The notes below the pieces were generated by a model. That model was not told the DNA's origin, searched no databases, and saw only the letters and a list, made by a program, of their open reading frames with translations. A stretch of 64,000 nt of DNA. Origin: Paraspadella gotoi (taxonomy: Eukaryota; Animalia; Chaetognatha). Shown here one piece after another: positions 45,434-58,788 of the stretch. The stretch's first letter is position 1. Each line of letters begins with the position of its first letter. Location of the stretch: assembly GCA_051294375.1 (NCBI GenBank), contig CM119263.1, positions 1,518,981 through 1,582,980 of the forward strand, in the 5' to 3' direction. The position numbers were made by a program, and so were the translations under genes.

Positions 45434-46023
45434 AACACCAAAAAAACACGAAACGTTTCTTCTCAAACTCTGGATTTATTTCTGCAGGAAAATAAAAAAT
45501 AAAACTGAATCTTTAAAGTGAAAACTTTTTTCTTCTCTTGAAAATCGGATTTACTACATTTTCCCTTTCGCTTCGACGCGGAACGATACACGAACGCCGG
45601 GCGGTTCTCCGCCTTTTTTAAAAGAAATATTCCTCCGCGAACTAAGGACGCCATCTGCAGTGACGCAGTCGTTTAAAAGTAGCGCCTTTTTCTTGTCTTA
45701 AAATCCGGATTAATTTCTATTTCCCAAAAAAAGAAAAAACGAAATTCTTTCTATTTTCTTTTATTTGTCGTCGTCTCCCTTTTTTCAAAAAAAAAAAAAA
45801 AAATCTTTCCAGATTTAATTCGTTTTCTTTTTCGGATTTTAAATCCTCAGACTCGAATTTCAACCCAAAGGATTTTTTTTTTTGCCGCAGAAGACGAGGT
45901 TAGTTGTTGTTGTTGTTGTTGTTGTTATTCAGCGTTAAAAGAGAAATTCGATTTTAGATTTTCATCCAGGAGACAGACATTGGCAAAGAGAGAGAAAGAG
46001 AAAGGGAGAGAGAGAAAGAGAGA

Positions 46024-46067
<44 letters not shown>

Positions 46068-46681
46068 GCGAGAGAGAGAGAGCTTATCGATCGTAGCGCT
46101 CGGTTCTTTTTTCTCCTTCGAGATCTTAACGAGTTTAAACCGCGCATCCAGTTACATACGGAGCTTTTAAAATACCTCCGGGTTAAAAGTAGACATCCGG
46201 GTCTCTTTTCGAAATGTGCTATGACGGCGATGATAAATTCGTTGAAAAAAAAGATGAATTTAAAAGCTTAATATTATATACTAAAAAGGTTTGTTTATTC
46301 TTTGTAATAACGAAAATTGATATTTGTTGTATTGTGACACAATCGGGACAAACATTTTACTCAATTTGTGTAAAACTTTTGTCCTGATTTTTTCCCTCTT
46401 CAATGGAGACTTGTGTCGGGGATCCAGCCTTCACTTCCCTTCAATTTGGGTCAGTGGAAAGACATATGAAAGGGGAACTCAGAGTGACACGACTCTTCTG
46501 ATCGCGGAGGTCCTCTCTTCCTCCTCCTCCTCCTCCTCCTCCTCCTCCTTTGTGGCCTTCCCTCGACCTGATCCTTCCTGGAGTGACGGCCTCGTTCTTC
46601 GAGTCCCGAGTCGTCGGCTTCGGTGCTGCCCTCGTCAACACTTTTCAAAACTAAAAACTCGTCTCTCTCTCTCTCTTTCAT

Positions 46682-46776
<95 letters not shown>

Positions 46777-47069
46777 CTTATTTTCCTTTCTATCTTTCTT
46801 TTCCATTCATTTTTTTGATTCATTTTTTTAATTATATTTTCTTTTTCTTTCTTTTATCTTTCTATCTCTTTTGTTTTCTCTATCATTTCTTGATAATTTT
46901 TAAATCTGTGTTTCTGATTTTTCTTTTTTTTGCTGTTTTTCTAAACTGTCTCTTTTATCTTTATATCTCTTGTTTGTTTTATTTCTTTCTTTTCTTACTG
47001 TCTTTCTCTCCTTTTTATTTCTTTATTTTTTTTTTATGCTTTAATTTTAAGCTTTCATCGTCCTCATCT

Positions 47070-47131
<62 letters not shown>

Positions 47132-47211
47132 GCAGAGATCGACTCGAGCTCAATGTGCTGCAGCGACTCGGGCCTTGATGATACTCGATATCTTGTTTTT
47201 TCAGCCTTCTC

Positions 47212-47289
<78 letters not shown>

Positions 47290-47352
47290 CCGGTTAAAAT
47301 TGGGGTCCGATTGGGGGGAAGAGAGGGGAAAAAGACTTCCTTTCATTCTGTG

Positions 47353-47386
<34 letters not shown>

Positions 47387-47958
47387 TTCGTTCGACTCAT
47401 TAAACGTTGAGCCTTTTTTGACGTCGATCTCATTATCTTTTTCCCGCGAGTTTTGAGGTAATTATTCGCTCATCTCTTTCTTTCCTTTTTGGTTAAAGAA
47501 TAAAAAGGAAAAAAATTAGGATAATAAAAAAATTTAAAATTAAGAATAAAAATATAGAAATATTAAAAGATCAAAATTTTCATAAAAATTTAAAGAATAA
47601 TTAAAAAAATTAACCATTAACTTAAAAATTTACAAATTCAAAAAATAAGATACACTTAAAACAATTGCAATCGAAATGTAATTAAGATAATCTTTTTTAC
47701 ATGTTTAATTATTTTCATAATTTCAAGAATATAAATTATATTTTCATAATATTATCGCGACTAAATTTTCATGTCGTTTATCTTCCGTGCAACACGGTAC
47801 AGAGTTCTAACTTTGATTAAAAATTTAGAGCTTGTAAATCTTTCCCGACTTCAATTAAGCCATTCTAAATGCCAAATAAATCAATTGAGAAGATTTAGTA
47901 AAAAGTTAAGCAAGCCAAAGATGGAAAGAAAGGCTGTAATGTTTAATGAGAAAGAGAG

Positions 47959-48012
<54 letters not shown>

Positions 48013-48637
48013 GAGGCCTTCCAGCTGCTTTGGTCTTTGGAATGCTGCTGCCCCACGTCGAAAACCTTTTTCTCTTCCGCTTGAGATTATTTTGCCAAAA
48101 TAACAAAATAAAAAGGAGTGAAACTCTTTCTCTCAAAGATTTCTCTCACAGATTTCTCACACAGATCTTATCGCTCAATTTGTTTTGTTTAAATGCTTGC
48201 CAGCTTTTCTTTGAAAAAACAAACTTGAAAAAAACAAAAAACAAACAGTATCTTAAAGACTTTTAGTAGCAGACTTTATTCGGAATTATTATTATTATTT
48301 CGGGGAAATTTCAGAATAAGAATTTAAATTTTAAGATTTTTCTTAAATATAGATGTAGGAACAAAAGGTCATCAGTAATCAAATTTGAAATAAGAATGGA
48401 GAGGATTCGAACTCGCGACCGTCAAGCAAGTACTTAATACTTTTTTAGGCAATAGGATCCTATGTGGTGACTTTGAATCCAATAAACCGAAGGTTTTCCA
48501 TCATTCATTTCCATCCATAGTCTTATCTTCCTCCTCCTCCTCCTCCTCCTCCTCCTCCTCCTCCTCCGCTTCCTCGTATTCTGACTTTTTTCTTCGATCA
48601 TGGACCAAACATTTTGACAACCGAATTGGAGAATGAG

Positions 48638-48670
<33 letters not shown>

Positions 48671-49951
48671 TTCTGGTCCTTGACCTCTTTGTTGTCGTCA
48701 TCTTACACAATAAATTATTTCATTTTTGAGATTCAATGTAATTCTAATTACATACGGGTATCGGAGGTAACAAGTAGGGGAATACTGGATTCTGTAGTTT
48801 GAAGATACTTCATGGTTAAACGGGACAGACACAAGGGAAATCTGGATAATTAGACCCTGAATATTTAAAACTGGTAATACACAATGACATAATTAATAAA
48901 TAATTAATTAATAAAAAGAAATTTGGGATATTTTTTGTTTTTGTTTTTGTTTCAAAATTAATTTTTGTTTGACATGTCAAAATTATAGAAAAATTTTGAT
49001 CAGATTTAATAAAGGTTTCATATTATATACAAGATTTCTTATAATAGTTTAATCAAAGGTTTACACAATTTCAATAATGATTAATATATTTGTCAATTAA
49101 TTTTTCATTCATAGATTTTTGACTCCGATTTTTTTAAAGAAAAACTAATAATGGACGCTTGTCTAGAAAATTCTATTATTACGTGCCCTTTTCCGAAGTA
49201 ACACCTATTTCATGAAGTTTTCTTCTTTTTTGTAGTCGGGCATTGCCTAGGTTCACCCCGCCAAATCTAATTTTAAAATCTCATTTCTTGTAATAAATTT
49301 TTTTTTAAGCGAGATTTTCGCCTAAATAAAAAAATCTGTTTATCAATCATCGTATCATTGATTCTACTTTTTGTTGTTTTCGATAAAAAAAAAATTTGCA
49401 TGGAATAACAAAAATGAATTTTTTCTGTGATTTCTCATCAAGCTTCAAAGGTTATGATTTCATAAAAACTCCCACCACATCATTATGTTCCCTTAAATGA
49501 AACTATTGTTTTGTATCAATTGTGATCGGACATCAATTATCTTTCGACAATTAAATGAATCGAGAAACAACATCGTCGTCGTTGTTGTGGTTGTTGTTGA
49601 TATTGTCAATTATTTTAACTATTTTTTTTAATTTATTTTTTTTAACAGACGAATCTTCTGTTCTCAAGATTATTAGAAGAAAATCTACGTTTCGATCAAA
49701 AAAATTGTAAAAAAAAAAAACGATTGTAAATAAATAAAAATACAGTGAGTTGGTCAGTCGGTCGTCGGCAAATCAATCGTAATCAAAAATTTTAAAAAAT
49801 ACGAGATAATTCCACGAAAAGAAAAATAATTAGTGTTTGCGATCTTAATCATATAAAAGAAATAAATTATAATACAACTTGGATTACTCGTTTCAATCGC
49901 TCTCTTCGACGGATCTCCGCTCGTTTCGGATTATACTCTCTCTCTCTCTCG

Positions 49952-50026
<75 letters not shown>

Positions 50027-50028
50027 AC

Positions 50029-50400
50029 ATGGAACCCCCTCCTTCGATCCCCTCGAAACGCACCCTCCTCTGCCCGCCCGTGCCGTGAGGGGCAAAGGAG
50101 CGGGCGGCGGATCAGGTAAGGGTCGGTCAAAGGGCGCCCGCGCCCCTAAGACCGTCACCATCAAAGGATTCGCTCCGCCGGCCAACAACAACAACAATAT
50201 CCACAACAACAACAACAGCGACGGCGCCGCAGCAGCAGCAGTCGTTAATCCGCCGCCGCCTCCGCCGCCGCCGCCGCTCGGCGCCCCGATGGGCGGAGTC
50301 TACCCTCCGCCAACAGGGATCTTCATCGCGCCCGCCCACTCGCTGCCGGCGATGATGACCGGACGATTCGCCGGACCGTTTCCGGCGGAGACCGGAGAAG
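50029..50400 (+). CDS. Isolated GC-rich coding exon (Gly/Lys-, Asn-, Pro-rich), gene identity unknown
   Basis: Reads RAVRGKGAGGGSGKGRSKGARAPK...NNNN...PPPPPPPP...PAETGE and ends in strong donor GAAG|GTAAGG (phase 1). The ATG at 50029 is out of frame with this reading, so the 5' boundary is unclear. Confidence 0.55.
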
Positions 50401-51059
50401 GTAAGGCAATGAGACGGTGGTGAGGGTGAGGGGGGGAGAAAAGGAGGTAAGCGTGAGATTGAAGGTGATTGTATTAACGAGGTGAGTCATCTGATTATTT
50501 CTACAACACGAAAAGAAGTGAATGGAACATAAAGGAAGAATTTAAAACAAAATAAATCAAAGAAACAAAACAAAACAAAACAAAACCCAAATATAATCGC
50601 ATTCAAAAAATAAACAAAAAAGAAATTCAAAACGTCAGATTTACATTTACAAAAATTAGGCTATCATGAAATAGTTGTTCTATTTTTAGGAAAACATTGG
50701 ATTGTATTTAAAGGTTTTATCATTCCGTGTAAAGGAGCATAAGAATGACTAGAAATATTTATCAATTAAGCAAATTTACTTTTTACAGAAATAAAGATGC
50801 AGACTATATGTAATTTTAGATATAAATTACTTGATAAAGAAACGTTTTACATTTTTATTTGATAGTCCTATTTAATAATTTAAGAATTTACTTAAAAATG
50901 AGACTTTAAACCTTTAATAATAATGATACAACCTGGACTTTCCCTCATCCGATTGAACGATGAATTCATCGGTTGACAAAAAATTAAGGCTGACGACATC
51001 TGGAGGTTAATTACTCTCCTACAATATTCAATAAGTTCTTTCTTTTTTTACTTCTTTCT

Positions 51060-52400
51060 TCGTTTAATTTCTCCACTCCTTATCTTCCTTCTTCTTCTTT
51101 TAATTTCTCCTCTCCTTCTCTTTCCTTCTTCTTCTTAATTCTCCTCTCCTGCTCTTCCTTCTTTTTTCTTCTTTTAATTTCTCCTCTCCCTTCTACTTCC
51201 TTCATCTCTCTTTTAATTTTCCTCTCCTTCTCTTCCTTCTTCTTCTTTTTAATCCTCTCCTTCCCCTCCCTACTCCTCTCCTTCTCTTCCTCTTTAATCC
51301 TTCTTTTAATTTTTCTCCTCTCCTTCCCTTCCTTCTTCTTCTTTTAATTTTCTCCTCTCCTGTCCCTTACCTTCTTCTTCTTTTAATTTCTCCTCTCCTT
51401 CTCTTCCTTCTTCTCTTTTATTTCTCCTCTCCTTCCTTCCTTCTGTCTTCTTTTAATTCTCCTTCCCTTCTCTTCCTTCATCTTCTTTAATTTCTCCTCT
51501 CCTTCTCCTTCTCTCTCTTTTAATTTCTCCTCTCCTTTCTTCTTCTTCTTCTTTTAATTTCTCCTCTCCTTCTTCCTTCATCTTCTTTTAATTTCTCCTC
51601 TCCTTCCCTTCCTTCTTCTTCTTTTAATTTCTCCTCTCTTCCTTCCTTCTTCTCTTATTTTCCTCTCTTCTCTTCCTTCTTTTTTTAATTCTCCTCTCCT
51701 TCTCTTCCTTCTTCTTCTTTTAATTTCTCCTCTCCTTCTCTTCCTTCTTCTTCTTTAATTTCTCCTCTCCTTTTCTTCCTTCATCTTCTTTAATTTTTCC
51801 TCTCCTCTTCCTTCTTCTTCTTTAATTTCTCCTCTCTTCCTCCTTCTTCTTTTTTAATCTCCTCTCCTTCCTTCCTTCTTCTTCTTTTTTAATTTCTCCC
51901 TCCTTCCCTTCCTTCTTCTTCTTTTTAATTTCTCCTCTCCTCTCTTCCTTCATCTTCTTTTAATTTCTCCTTCCCTTCTCTTCCTTCTTCTCTTTTAATT
52001 TCTCCTCTCCTTCTCTTCCTTCTTCTTCTTTTAATTTCTCCTCTCCTTCTCTTCCTTCATCTCTTTTAATTTTTCCTCTCCTTCCCTTCCTTCTTCTTCT
52101 TTTAATTTCTCCTCTCCTTTCCTTCCTTCTTCTTCTTTTAATTTCTCCTCTCCTTCTCTTCCTTCTTCTTCTTTTAATTTCTCCTCTCCTTCTCTTCCTT
52201 CTTCTTCTTTTAATTTCTCCTCTCCTTCTCTTCCTTCATCTTTCTTTTAATTTCCTTCTCTCCTTCTCTTCTTCTTCTTCTTTTAATTTCTCCTCTCCTT
52301 CTCTTCCTTCTTCTTCTTTTAATTTCTCCTCTCCTTCTCTTCCTTCTTCTTCTTTCAATTCTCCTCTCCTTCCCTTCCTTCTTCTCTCTTCTCTTTTTCT
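51060..52400. repeat. 36-bp polypyrimidine minisatellite (TTTTAATTTCTCCTCTCCTTCTCTTCCTTCTTCTTC), ~35-38 copies
   Basis: Clear periodic TTAATTT anchor; clean units at 52130-52350, indel-rich to the left. Confidence 0.9.
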
Positions 52401-52674
52401 CCGATCATCGCCTCCACGCCTCTTCTTCCTCCTCCTCCTCCTCCTCCTCTCTCCCTCCTCCACCCCCCCTCAACAACATTGCCTCCTCATCTTCCTCTCA
52501 CCTCAACCATCACCGATCCCAGATCATAAACTTCATTTTCTCTTACTCCTCCTCCTCCCCCTCCTCCTCCTCCTCCTCCTCCCTGATTTATGCTCCTCTT
52601 TGTGTCAAAGTCTCCTCCTTCGTTGTGAGTGAATCGATCCTCTTCCTCCGAACCCAAAGTGGAAGAGGATTTCT

Positions 52675-52765
<91 letters not shown>

Positions 52766-52963
52766 CACGGATCCGCGGGTTTCCTTTCCTTAAAAATCAA
52801 GGATAATTTTTTTTTTCGCTCTCGATCTTCGATCGTCAACGACGACGACGACGAAAGGCCATCTGACGGTTAATTTCGTTAAAATAGATGGCGTACTTTG
52901 GATCGGAGTATAGGGAGGTGCATTAGGGGTGAAGAATGGGATTTGCAAAGAAAAGAGAAAATT

Positions 52964-53195
52964 GATATGAAATTGGTACAACCAATAGAAAAACTATCCA
53001 TTCATTTAATAAATAAGCTATCTTGTCCCTGACTTTGGACAGGCTTCGGTGGTTTAAGGCCTCCATCACTCTTACAAGATAATGACATATCAGGTCCCTG
53101 CAAGCTTTCAATCAAGACTCTCTCACAGTCTCGTTTATTCACTCCCAGAGTACCTGGCTTCCCTCTCAATAAAGTAGTATAATGTTTCAAAGAAT
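52964..53195 (-). mobile_element. Dispersed repeat family A copy (inverted)
   Basis: Reverse complement of family A; explains ORF MKACRDLICHYLVRVMEAL. Confidence 0.85.
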
Positions 53196-53998
53196 GTGTT
53201 ATTATTGTTTAAGTTAATTTTTTTCGCTCCATACTATTTTGTGAAGTTTTTTTTGTTATTGTAAACTTTTTAGGTTTTTACCTTGGAACGAGTTAGTTTC
53301 ATTTTTTGCAAATAACTTTCGTTAATCAAAAAAAGAAATAATACAAAATCCAAAAAATTAAAAATATGAAATGACCTAAAAAATTTTTAAATCAACAAAT
53401 GATTCGGCGTCAAAACAAAACGATTTTTTTTTGTTTTCATTTCGATGAACAAAAAGAAAAAAAGGAAGCGAGATTTGAAATGACGTTTGACAAAGGACAA
53501 AGTCTGGGACAAAGGGACAAAAAAAGTGGATGCGAATTTGAGTGAATTGGAGCGAAATTTGAGGGAAAAGATGAAGAAGTGAAAGAGATGTGAAAGAGAA
53601 GAGAAAGAGAAAGAGAAGAGAAAGAGAAAGAGAAGAGAAAGAGAAGAGAAAGAGAAGAGAAAGAGAAGAGAAAAAGAAGGGAAAAAGAAGAGAAATAGAA
53701 GATAAAGAGAAGAGAAAGAGAAGGGATTTCCGGTCAGAATTTAGAAAGAGAGAGAGAATTCTCTTTTCGCTTTTGTGAACTTTTATAAAATTGGTACGTT
53801 CGTCAAATATAAAAGATTATTTATCAATTCAACAAAGTATTAATGTAATATTTTATTAACTGTTTGAATTGGATAAAAGGAGAGAAATAAAACTTTTTGA
53901 GATTAAATGGTTAAAAAAATGTGGGGTTTTTTCCAAAGAAAACAATTAGTTTAGTAAATTTATCTAAAGTGTTCTCTAAACCAATAAATCTAGTGACG

Positions 53999-54034
<36 letters not shown>

Positions 54035-54759
54035 NNNNNNNNNNNNNNNNNNNNNNNNNNNNNNNNNNNNNNNNNNNNNNNNNNNNNNNNNNNNNNNNNN
54101 NNNNNNNNNNNNNNNNNNNNNNNNNNNNNNNNNNNNNNNNNNNNNNNNNNNNNNNNNNNNNNNNNNNNNNNNNNNNNNNNNNNNNNNNNNNNNNNNNNNN
54201 NNNNNNNNNNNNNNNNNNNNNNNNNNNNNNNNNNNNNNNNNNNNNNNNNNNNNNNNNNNNNNNNNNNNNNNNNNNNNNNNNNNNNNNNNNNNNNNNNNNN
54301 NNNNNNNNNNNNNNNNNNNNNNNNNNNNNNNNNNNNNNNNNNNNNNNNNNNNNNNNNNNNNNNNNNNNNNNNNNNNNNNNNNNNNNNNNNNNNNNNNNNN
54401 NNNNNNNNNNNNNNNNNNNNNNNNNNNNNNNNNNNNNNNNNNNNNNNNNNNNNNNNNNNNNNNNNNNNNNNNNNNNNNNNNNNNNNNNNNNNNNNNNNNN
54501 NNNNNNNNNNNNNNNNNNNNNNNNNNNNNNNNNNNNNNNNNNNNNNNNNNNNNNNNNNNNNNNNNNNNNNNNNNNNNNNNNNNNNNNNNNNNNNNNNNNN
54601 NNNNNNNNNNNNNNNNNNNNNNNNNNNNNNNNNNNNNNNNNNNNNNNNNNNNNNNNNNNNNNNNNNNNNNGAGAGAGAGAGAGAGATAAAGAAGAAGCCG
54701 GAAATGTGAAATTATCTCACGGAGATAAACTCGTCAAATAATTTGCTTTCAGTGAATCA

Positions 54760-54965
54760 GTGAAGCATTACTTGAAGTAGAGCAGTGATTGAGTGAAGCA
54801 GAGAAGCAGTAATGGAATAAAGCAGTAAAGCAGTAAAGCAGCACTTGAAGTAGAGCAGTAAAGCAGTGATTGAGTGAAGCAGAGAAGCAGTAATGGAATA
54901 AAGCAGTAAAGCAGTAAAGCAGCACTTGAAGTAGAGAAGTAAAGCAGTGATTGAGTGAAGCATAA
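54760..54965. repeat. 78-bp tandem repeat x~2.6 built from AAGCAGT(A) subunits
   Basis: cttgaagtagagcagt...gattgagtgaagcagagaagcagtaatggaataaagcagtaaagcagtaaagcagca repeated. Confidence 0.85.
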
Positions 54966-55384
54966 GCGCGTTGTCTGATAAACGCATTTAATGATTGACT
55001 CATTAACTGATAAGTGTCCTGACTGATTGGCACGAGGAATAATTGTTGAATTGACTGATTGTGTTGATGTTTTGTTCAGAAATGAAGGACTAAAAGACAT
55101 AAGTGACTGTGTAAACTAGAATGTTTATTTTACATATTTTAGAATATTTCGAGATTACGTAGACGATGTGGTAAATATATTTGTATACATAGTAAATATA
55201 TACTGTAAATACATATAAAATATCCCTAAACGAGTGGAGAGATCGTGTGGATTTTGTCTTTTCTCTCAAGCTCACTTCATTTGGACGAAAGATTCAACTC
55301 GTCCTCAGAATTACGAGTTCTCCTCGAGAAAAATCGACGCTTAGAATTCGTGGCACGTTCTTATAGAACATTACTTATTTTTAG

Positions 55385-55422
<38 letters not shown>

Positions 55423-57272
55423 NNNNNNNNNNNNNNNNNNNNNNNNNNNNNNNNNNNNNNNNNNNNNNNNNNNNNNNNNNNNNNNNNNNNNNNNNNNNNN
55501 NNNNNNNNNNNNNNNNNNNNNNNNNNNNNNNNNNNNNNNNNNNNNNNNNNNNNNNNNNNNNNNNNNNNNNNNNNNNCTCTCTCTCTCCTTTTCTCTCATT
55601 CTCTCTCTCTGTGTCTTAGTGGTGATTGCCAAAGCTTCGACGCTTCCTCTAATTAGGTGTGAACAGAAAAAAGAAGATTGTCACAATCAAAAAAAAAACA
55701 NNNNNNNNNNNNNNNNNNNNNNNNNNNNNNNNNNNNNNNNNNNNNNNNNNNNNNNNNNNNNNNNNNNNNNNNNNNNNNNNNNNNNNNNNNNNNNNNNNNN
55801 NNNNNNNNNNNNNNNNNNNNNNNNNNNNNNNNNNNNNNNNNNNNNNNNNNNNNNNNNNNNNNNNNNNNNNNNNNNNNNNNNNNNNNNNNNNNNNNNNNNN
55901 NNNNNNNNNNNNNNNNNNNNNNNNNNNNNNNNNNNNNNNNNNNNNNNNNNNNNNNNNNNNNNNNNTGGAAGGTTTAACCCGAAATATCCACATTTATTGA
56001 ATAAATAAAATAAAAAAATAAATAGTACATACAGAAATAAAGAAATAACGTTTGCGAAAAGGTTTCGTGAAAAAGAAGGAAACGAAAGGAGATTATTGTT
56101 TCTCNNNNNNNNNNNNNNNNNNNNNNNNNNNNNNNNNNNNNNNNNNNNNNNNNNNNNNNNNNNNNNNNNNNNNNNNNNNNNNNNNNNNNNNNNNNNNNNN
56201 NNNNNNNNNNNNNNNNNNNNNNNNNNNNNNNNNNNNNNNNNNNNNNNNNNNNNNNNNNNNNNNNNNNNNNNNNNNNNNNNNNNNNNNNNNNNNNNNNNNN
56301 NNNNNNNNNNNNNNNNNNNNNNNNNNNNNNNNNNNNNNNNNNNNNNNNNNNNNNNNNNNNNNNNNNNNNNNNNNNNNNNNNNNNNNNNNNNNNNNNNNNN
56401 NNNNNNNNNNNNNNNNNNNNNNNNNNNNNNNNNNNNNNNNNNNNNNNNNNNNNNNNNNNNNNNNNNNNNNNNNNNNNNNNNNNNNNNNNNNNNNNNNNNN
56501 NNNNNNNNNNNNNNNNNNNNNNNNNNNNNNNNNNNNNNNNNNNNNNNNNNNNNNNNNNNNNNNNNNNNNNNNNNNNNNNNNNNNNNNNNNNNNNNNNNNN
56601 NNNNNNNNNNNNNNNNNNNNNNNNNNNNNNNNNNNNNNNNNNGAGCGTTTAAACTAATTTGAAATCTATGTAAAAGTATAAAAAATCCATGAGATAAAAT
56701 TGGAAAATTACTACAATTACTACGTAACTGCAACTACAAATGCAACTAATGAAACTAACTACAATTGCAAAAGCTACTAACCGCAATTGCAAATGCAACT
56801 GCAATTACAAATTTCAATGCTATTGCAGGTTTCTCGGTCTTTTAATCACGAACCCGAAATTTACGGTTTTACTCATCTCGACTTCATAATCAAAATTCGC
56901 TAATTGATTTATTATTCGAGTCAAGAAATAAGAGACTTAATTATTATTTATTATTTATTATTATTATTTATTATTTATTATTCGAGTCAAGAAATAAGAG
57001 ACTTAATTATTTTGTTTTTGCTCAGTTTTTATTAAGTTGTTTAAAATTGTTTTGTTGTTTAAAAAGAATTTCGTCGTTAATTAAATTTTGGTTTTCCGTC
57101 CGGGAGCTAATGAATAAAAAAAAACTTACTCTGCGGGTTGATTAATGGCTCCATTTTTTAATGATTTATATATGTATTTTTTTTACTTTACATTCTTTTA
57201 TTAAATGAGAAATGTTAATGGGTTTATTTAAATGCTAAATTAAATCCAAATAGTATATATATAATATAAATA

Positions 57273-57565
57273 GAGTACAATATAGTATTCCCCGATCTAA
57301 TACTTAAGGGAGTGGTCTTTTCATACAATTGAAACATTCTTTGAAATATTATACCACTTCATTGATAGGGAAGCCAGGTTCACTGGGAGTGAATAAATGA
57401 GACTGTGAAAGAGTCTTGATTGAAAGCTTGCAGAAACCTGCTATGTTATTATCTTGTAAGTGTGATGGAGGCCTTAAACCACCAAAGCCTGTCCAAAGTC
57501 AGGGACAAGATAGCTTATTTATTAAATGAATGGATAATTTTTATATTGGTTGTACCAATTTCATA
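57273..57565 (+). mobile_element. Dispersed repeat family A, longest uninterrupted copy (~290 bp)
   Basis: Starts gagtacaatatagtattccccgatctaatac as in the 43067 copy; ends ttggttgtaccaatttcat. Confidence 0.85.
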
Positions 57566-58749
57566 ATAATAAAATGAACGAATGACTTGAGGAATGATTG
57601 AATAAATATCTTTCTGAAATATATATAAATATATATATATATATACATATAAATGTTTGCTCTATTCTGACTTTTAATTGTTTATTTCTTTTTTTCTTTT
57701 TCTCCTTCATCCTTTTCAACAACTTTCTTCGAAAAAAGGTAAGAGGAAAAAAAAGATTTTTTATTCTCGAAACCAAAAAGAAATCGATTGTTGTTATTGT
57801 TATTGTTGTTTTTGTTGTTTTAAACCAAAAAAATCTTTTTCCAGAAATAAGGAAAACAATTTTAACCAAAACTTTCACAACAAATAATAAGATGTTTTCT
57901 TTTTCTTTTTTGCCGCAAAAAAAATAAAATTAAAAAATTCGGTTTCGACTTTTAAAGTTTAATTTTTTTTTCTCTTTTTTCTGTGTTACTCTATTTCTTT
58001 TATTTTTTCATTTGTGTTTTCAACAAAGTAACGCAGTTTTCTTCTATTATCTTCTTTGTTGTTGTCGTCGTCGTCGTCGTCGTCGTCATACTTTTGACTA
58101 TCAAATAAATACACTTTTTGTCGATTTCCAATTTTATTCCAAATTTTTTTTTTATAATAAAATTTTAGTTTTTTCCACTGAAAAACAAAAATCCTTTCCA
58201 ATCTGGAAACTGAGTCATTTCAATTTAGTCTCAATTGTTTTTTCTTTAAACAAAACAATAAAATCGTTTTCTCTCACCGCAAGACGTCTCTCTTTCTNNN
58301 NNNNNNNNNNNNNNNNNNNNNNNNNNNNNNNNNNNNNNNNNNNNNNNNNNNNNNNNNNNNNNNNNNNNNNNNNNNNNNNNNNNNNNNNNNNNNNNNNNNN
58401 NNNNNNNNNNNNNNNNNNNNNNNNNNNNNNNNNNNNNNNNNNNNNNNNNNNNNNNNNNNNNNNNNNNNNNNNNNNNNNNNNNNNNNNNGATTTTTTTTTT
58501 GGTTGAGTTTCGCTTTCGATCAAACAAAACTGAAAGAGGCAACGACGACGACGACGACGACAATGAAAACGACGACAAAGGAAAAGACGACGACGACGAC
58601 AAAGGCAACGACGACGACGACAATGAAAAGGAGGAGGAAGAAGAAGATGATATAGAAGACGACGACGACGACGACGACGTAAACAGCGAACAAAGGATCG
58701 GAAATCAAAAAGCGACGAAGACGAAAAAATCGGAAAATGATAAAAGGGC

Positions 58750-58788
<39 letters not shown>

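Noticed and set aside
44388-48266. Long ORFs rich in SL/ER/FFLS and (GA)n as Polycomb-response-like elements
   Set aside because: These are translations of (CT)n, (CTTT)n and (GTC)n microsatellites, which are ubiquitous in the window and so not informative.
48395-48428. tRNA T-arm-like GGTCGCGAGTTCGAATCC on the - strand
   Set aside because: Isolated fragment with no D-arm or A box; probably a SINE remnant.
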